Positions 60,799-64,000 of a stretch of DNA of 64,000 bases are shown piece by piece; position 1 is the stretch's first letter; each line of letters opens with the position of its first letter. This stretch comes from a virus. The position numbers were made by a program, and so were the translations under genes. The stretch lies in UHGV virus genome UHGV-0049167. One strand, 5' to 3'. The notes under the pieces were generated by a model. It worked only from the letters and a program-made list of their open reading frames with translations. It had not been told where the DNA came from and made no database searches.

Positions 60799-60970
60799 AC
60801 TACGGAGACAGGGAAGGAACTTTACTCCTACAAAGTCGTAAAAAGGGGTGGCAAGTACATTATAATTTCACCATACGACGGGCGGAAGATAGGAACGCTT
60901 CAATAAATTCACTTATTTTGTGGATTATGTAAAATAAAAGAATTATATTTGCACCAGCAAAGACAACGCT

Positions 60971-61288
60971 ATGCTAATCGAATTTTACAAAGACTACCTG
61001 CGCGAACTATTTGTGCAAGGTCGGACGAACGACAAGAAACACCGCTATCAACCCGAAATAATAAAAGGTTACAAAAAGTGCGTGATGTTCTTAAAACGAG
61101 CAAACAACGTGGAGCAACTTTACCCTATCCACTCCTTGAACTGCGAAGTTTTACAGGGCGACAAAAAGGGTGTTTCATCCGTGCGAATAAACAGGCAATA
61201 CCGACTTGAATTTACAGTAAGGGATATTTTAGGCGAGCAAATTGTCACAGTGTGCCGTCTATTGGAAATAAGCAACCACTACAAATAA
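60971..61288 (+). CDS. higB: HigB-like toxin (RelE/ParE superfamily)
   Basis: 105 aa; LQGDKKGVSSVRINRQYRLEFTV...VTVCRLLEISNHYK matches the HigB pattern; immediately upstream of a HigA-like HTH gene. Confidence 0.7.
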   Translation: MLIEFYKDYLRELFVQGRTNDKKHRYQPEIIKGYKKCVMFLKRANNVEQLYPIHSLNCEVLQGDKKGVSSVRINRQYRLEFTVRDILGEQIVTVCRLLEISNHYK

Positions 61289-61296
61289 ATACAAAT

Positions 61297-61632
61297 ATGG
61301 AAACAGCAAAGAGAATTTACAGACCTGACGAGTTGCAGCCGTCCGAGCCTATACATCCGGGCGAAATGCTGAAAGACGAATTGCAAGCCCGTGGAATGTC
61401 GCAAAAGAAATTCGCCGCCATAATAGGAATGCCTTACACGGCTTTTAACGAGATTATAAACGGCAAGCGGCCTATAACTACCGACACGGCGTTAAGGATA
61501 GAGGCTGCAACAGGGATAGCCGCAAACATTTGGCGCGGTCTTCAATCTGACTACGACATAATGGCGGCACGACGAAACAACAAACTCACCGCCATACTTG
61601 ACAACATACGTAAGGCGGTGGCGGTGCTTTAA
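61297..61632 (+). CDS. higA: HigA-like antitoxin (XRE-type HTH)
   Basis: ATG at 61297; HPGEMLKDELQARGMSQKKFAAIIGMPYTAFNEIINGKRPITTDTALRIEAATG is a HigA-type HTH. Confidence 0.7.
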   Translation: METAKRIYRPDELQPSEPIHPGEMLKDELQARGMSQKKFAAIIGMPYTAFNEIINGKRPITTDTALRIEAATGIAANIWRGLQSDYDIMAARRNNKLTAILDNIRKAVAVL

Positions 61633-61851
61633 CATCTTATTATCATCCGCAAATTACGCCCGTACAAAGGTTTAAGCCTTTGCACGGGCTTTTAACAAAA
61701 AAAACGAAATGTAAAAAAGATACATCTCGTTTTAATGATTTTATATTATTTCCCGAAAAAATCGGAATGCAGCAAGAATGCTCACATTCCGAACTTACAG
61801 ACACCTTACAAACGGTGTTCTAATGGCAATACAACAGCATTCAAGTCGTGT

Positions 61852-62412
61852 TCAGACAGTTTTATTGTTTTCCGTCTGTTTCTTATAAAGCATAATGTCT
61901 GTGTATTTGGAAGAGTAATTCATGTGTGCGTTGAACTCCACTTTTTCACAATTTTTGAAAGGGTGTCCGAGTGTCCTGTTTTCACCAAGCCATTCGCAAA
62001 GTTCAATTATCGATGACTTGTTGGATGTGAAATGGACAAAAGGTTTGTTCCTTAGCACGTTCAATACGTCCAAATAGTCGGAAAACCGCCAGTACATCTT
62101 ATACGTACCTACATCCGTTGACAGATAAGGCAGGTCTACAATGAACACCACGCCCGGAACATTCTTGTACGTCATATACAGTTCCTTGTAGTCACATGAC
62201 GTTACGGTCAGACCTTCCAGGTAATCGGGGCACGGCTGATAGTCCGTCTTGCGTATGTTGTTGTAAAGTATTTCCTTGCGCATGGCTTCAAGGCTCGTGG
62301 CATACTTCATCGAGAACATCAGTGCCGATGATACGGTGATATAGTCCTCTTTTAGTACCTTTTCGTACCGTTTGGTACACACTTTTAAACCTATTTTTAT
62401 TGCCAAAAACAA
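61852..62412 (-). CDS. hypothetical protein; true start probably downstream of the tabulated TTG
   Basis: tabulated start lies inside the T-run of the adjacent terminator; next ATG about 62319; DLPY tetrapeptide weakly reminiscent of methyltransferase motif IV but no SAM-binding motif seen. Confidence 0.3.
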   Translation of the reverse strand: MFLAIKIGLKVCTKRYEKVLKEDYITVSSALMFSMKYATSLEAMRKEILYNNIRKTDYQPCPDYLEGLTVTSCDYKELYMTYKNVPGVVFIVDLPYLSTDVGTYKMYWRFSDYLDVLNVLRNKPFVHFTSNKSSIIELCEWLGENRTLGHPFKNCEKVEFNAHMNYSSKYTDIMLYKKQTENNKTV

Positions 62413-62440
62413 CAGAAAAAGGCGACTTTTTAGGGTCGCC
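62405..62440 (-). terminator. intrinsic terminator downstream of the tRNA fragment (minus-strand orientation)
   Basis: stem GGCGAC / GTCGCC with 8-nt loop, followed on the minus strand by TTTTTCTGTTGTTTTT. Confidence 0.55.
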
Positions 62441-62478
62441 TTTGCTCGTAAATATCTGATTTTAAGCAGTTTAACTTT

Positions 62479-62515
62479 TGGAGCGGCAAACGGGATTCGA
62501 ACCCGCGACCCCCAG
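62479..62515 (-). tRNA. tRNA 3'-terminal fragment only (T-arm, acceptor 3' strand, CCA); att-core-like remnant, not a complete gene
   Basis: minus-strand reading GTCGCGGGTTCGAATCCCGTTTGCCGCTCCA has the GGTTCGAATCC T-loop and terminal CCA; no complementary 5' acceptor strand or D/anticodon arms upstream. Confidence 0.5.
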
Positions 62516-62792
62516 CTTGGGAAACTTTATGATAATTGTATAACTCATTTATTTTCAGAAGTTTAACGTTTTTATAAATTTTTGGTCGCAGCTTAATCGC
62601 AGGTCGCAGTTTTGTTAGCTTGAAATGACGGAATTGGGCTTATAGTTGGGAATGTTAATTACAACGCTGGAGTACAGAATTGCATAAACATTCCAATTCT
62701 TCAATATCAGGGCTTGCACCTGTATCAAATTTGTTGTCGTCTGTGCTTATATTGTAGATTGCCAATTCTACGAAAGTAAGCAACCTGTCAAC

Positions 62793-62993
62793 TTATGGCA
62801 GGTCTGCTGGCTGGCAACTGTTCCATTCTTGCTTGAGACGCTCTTTTATCAGTTTCAAGCGTGCCACCGCCTCTGTGCCGCTTAGGACCTCACATTCCGT
62901 AACGCATTCTGAAATACTATATTTTTTGTTTTGCATATTCTGTTTTGTTATATTTTGTATATATTTGTGGCTGACTTTAGTCAACGGTATCAA
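62793..62993 (-). CDS. hypothetical small protein
   Basis: 66-aa ORF. Confidence 0.3.
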   Translation of the reverse strand: MIPLTKVSHKYIQNITKQNMQNKKYSISECVTECEVLSGTEAVARLKLIKERLKQEWNSCQPADLP

Positions 62994-63381
62994 TTACAGT
63001 GAGACTTAATGTCATTTCGGTGTTGGCAATTTTTCTCCGTCCATCTTTCCATGAAATAAGCAGGGTGGCGGTAGTCCTGTCATTATCATAAAGGCTTACG
63101 GGATGGTCAAAGAAAGTCCCCTGCGCAAGAGTTGGGATGACGAGCGTGTTGTTTGCGGTATGCAGATTGATGCACCTGCTGTCATTGCAGGTGACAGTTA
63201 CAGAAGTGGCACAATGATTTCCGTCATTCCTTACCCGCATGACGAAACTCCTGCCTGACTTCAAAAGGCGAACGGATATTGACGCAGACCTGCTTTTCGC
63301 AAATGCCATGTAAGCGTTGTAAACGCCGGTTATAGCCGCTATTGTTGATGCTATTATTGTTATGTAATCTTTTAAATCCAT
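62977..63381 (-). CDS. hypothetical protein
   Basis: 134-aa ORF. Confidence 0.4.
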   Translation of the reverse strand: MDLKDYITIIASTIAAITGVYNAYMAFAKSRSASISVRLLKSGRSFVMRVRNDGNHCATSVTVTCNDSRCINLHTANNTLVIPTLAQGTFFDHPVSLYDNDRTTATLLISWKDGRRKIANTEMTLSLTVIDTVD

Positions 63382-63588
63382 AAGTTATGAAATTAAGAAT
63401 TAAAGAGTTTTTGAGAATTTTCCTTATTGGTGACGAATGGGGTGAGGACAAGGACGGTAACCGCCACATCTATACGGATGAGTATATATTCCGTGTCCAC
63501 CTAATCGCGCAGGGCATTGCCATTGGTTTACTCGGATTTGCGCTCGTCTTGCACATTCTTGGGTGACGCCAGCCCTCGACGATGATTT

Positions 63589-63981
63589 TCAATCACGCTC
63601 GAACTGCGCCTGTAAGTTCTTTTCGCAGCAATTTGAAATACCACTCATCTGCGCAGGTTTCCTGTACTTTGAGTCGTTCTCTTTATATTGATTATATATT
63701 TCGGTTATTCGTTTATCGTATTTCCATAAATTATTGAACAATTCCATAAAACCAGCTAATTCTGAATCATAATTCACATAATCGTGTTCTGAAAGTTCGT
63801 TAACCATCCATGAAACGGAACTTACAAATCCAGCAACATCAATATCGTTGTTGTTGAATTTTGCTATTTGGATGAACCTTTTTGCCATGTTACTGAAAAG
63901 AGGTAGAACTTTATCCCATTCTTTTGTATGTGCAAACGATTTGGCAAAAGTCATTTCTTCTAAAATAAAATGCCTGTTCAT
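63589..63981 (-). CDS. hypothetical protein
   Basis: 130-aa ORF near the window edge. Confidence 0.4.
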   Translation of the reverse strand: MNRHFILEEMTFAKSFAHTKEWDKVLPLFSNMAKRFIQIAKFNNNDIDVAGFVSSVSWMVNELSEHDYVNYDSELAGFMELFNNLWKYDKRITEIYNQYKENDSKYRKPAQMSGISNCCEKNLQAQFERD

Positions 63982-64000
63982 ATCGTTTCTGATTTCATCA

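Noticed and set aside
61852-62412. Dam-family (D12 class) adenine methyltransferase
   Set aside because: Only a DLPY tetrapeptide and a loosely similar downstream segment; no SAM-binding FxGxG motif, and the tabulated start is a TTG inside a terminator T-run. Kept as hypothetical.
1-64000. Diversity-generating retroelement targeting the tail fibre genes
   Set aside because: No reverse-transcriptase-like ORF (no YxDD-type motif in any plausible frame) and no template/variable repeat pair with adenine-specific differences was seen; the fibre repeats are ordinary in-frame duplications.
1-64000. CRISPR array or cas genes
   Set aside because: No regularly spaced short direct repeats and no Cas-like proteins were seen; the only repeats are the intragenic modules of the giant gene and short tandem elements near 58.3 kb.
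1-64000. Integrase, excisionase or CI-like repressor defining a prophage
   Set aside because: No ORF shows tyrosine- or serine-recombinase motifs; the lysogeny status is therefore unresolved and the att-like tRNA fragment is reported only as a hypothesis.

Overview
The window reads as a tailed dsDNA phage or prophage genome, probably from a Bacteroidota host (inferred from a Bacteroides-type -7 promoter motif, gene content and codon feel; no integrase or rRNA is present). All calls come from motif reading of the supplied ORF translations and by-eye inspection of the DNA; no searches or computations were run, and several starts were moved from the ORF table to a better-supported ATG. Layout: (1) 1-15.6 kb, plus strand, replication/early genes (FtsK-like ATPase, DUF3127-like, VRR-NUC, DnaC-like loader, HNH homing endonuclease, PAPS-reductase-like enzyme, many small unknowns) plus an AT-rich accessory cassette encoding a HipA-like kinase and a HIRAN-domain protein, followed by a MazG-like gene. 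(2) 15.6-20 kb, minus strand, lipoprotein, XRE-HTH/ImmA-peptidase fusion with an upstream partner, and a lysis cassette (two holin-like proteins, membrane protein, Amidase_3 endolysin). (3) 20.6-36.6 kb, minus strand, tail-fibre-like genes including a 2720-aa collagen-like repeat protein, a portal candidate and the large terminase. (4) 36.7-51.9 kb, plus strand, scaffold/capsid/connector/tail-tube/chaperone/tape-measure module. (5) 52-58.2 kb, minus strand, RuvC-like resolvase, small DNA methyltransferase, collagen-like protein and unknowns. (6) 58.2-60.3 kb, a ~2 kb ORF-free region with strong hairpins/terminators, palindromes and homopolymer tracts. (7) 60.9-62.5 kb, a HigB/HigA pair, a terminator and a tRNA 3'-end fragment that looks like an att junction. 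The most interesting candidates are the HipA-like/HIRAN cassette, the ImmA/XRE cassette, a G10 tract that breaks a translationally coupled ORF, and the ORF-free structured region.
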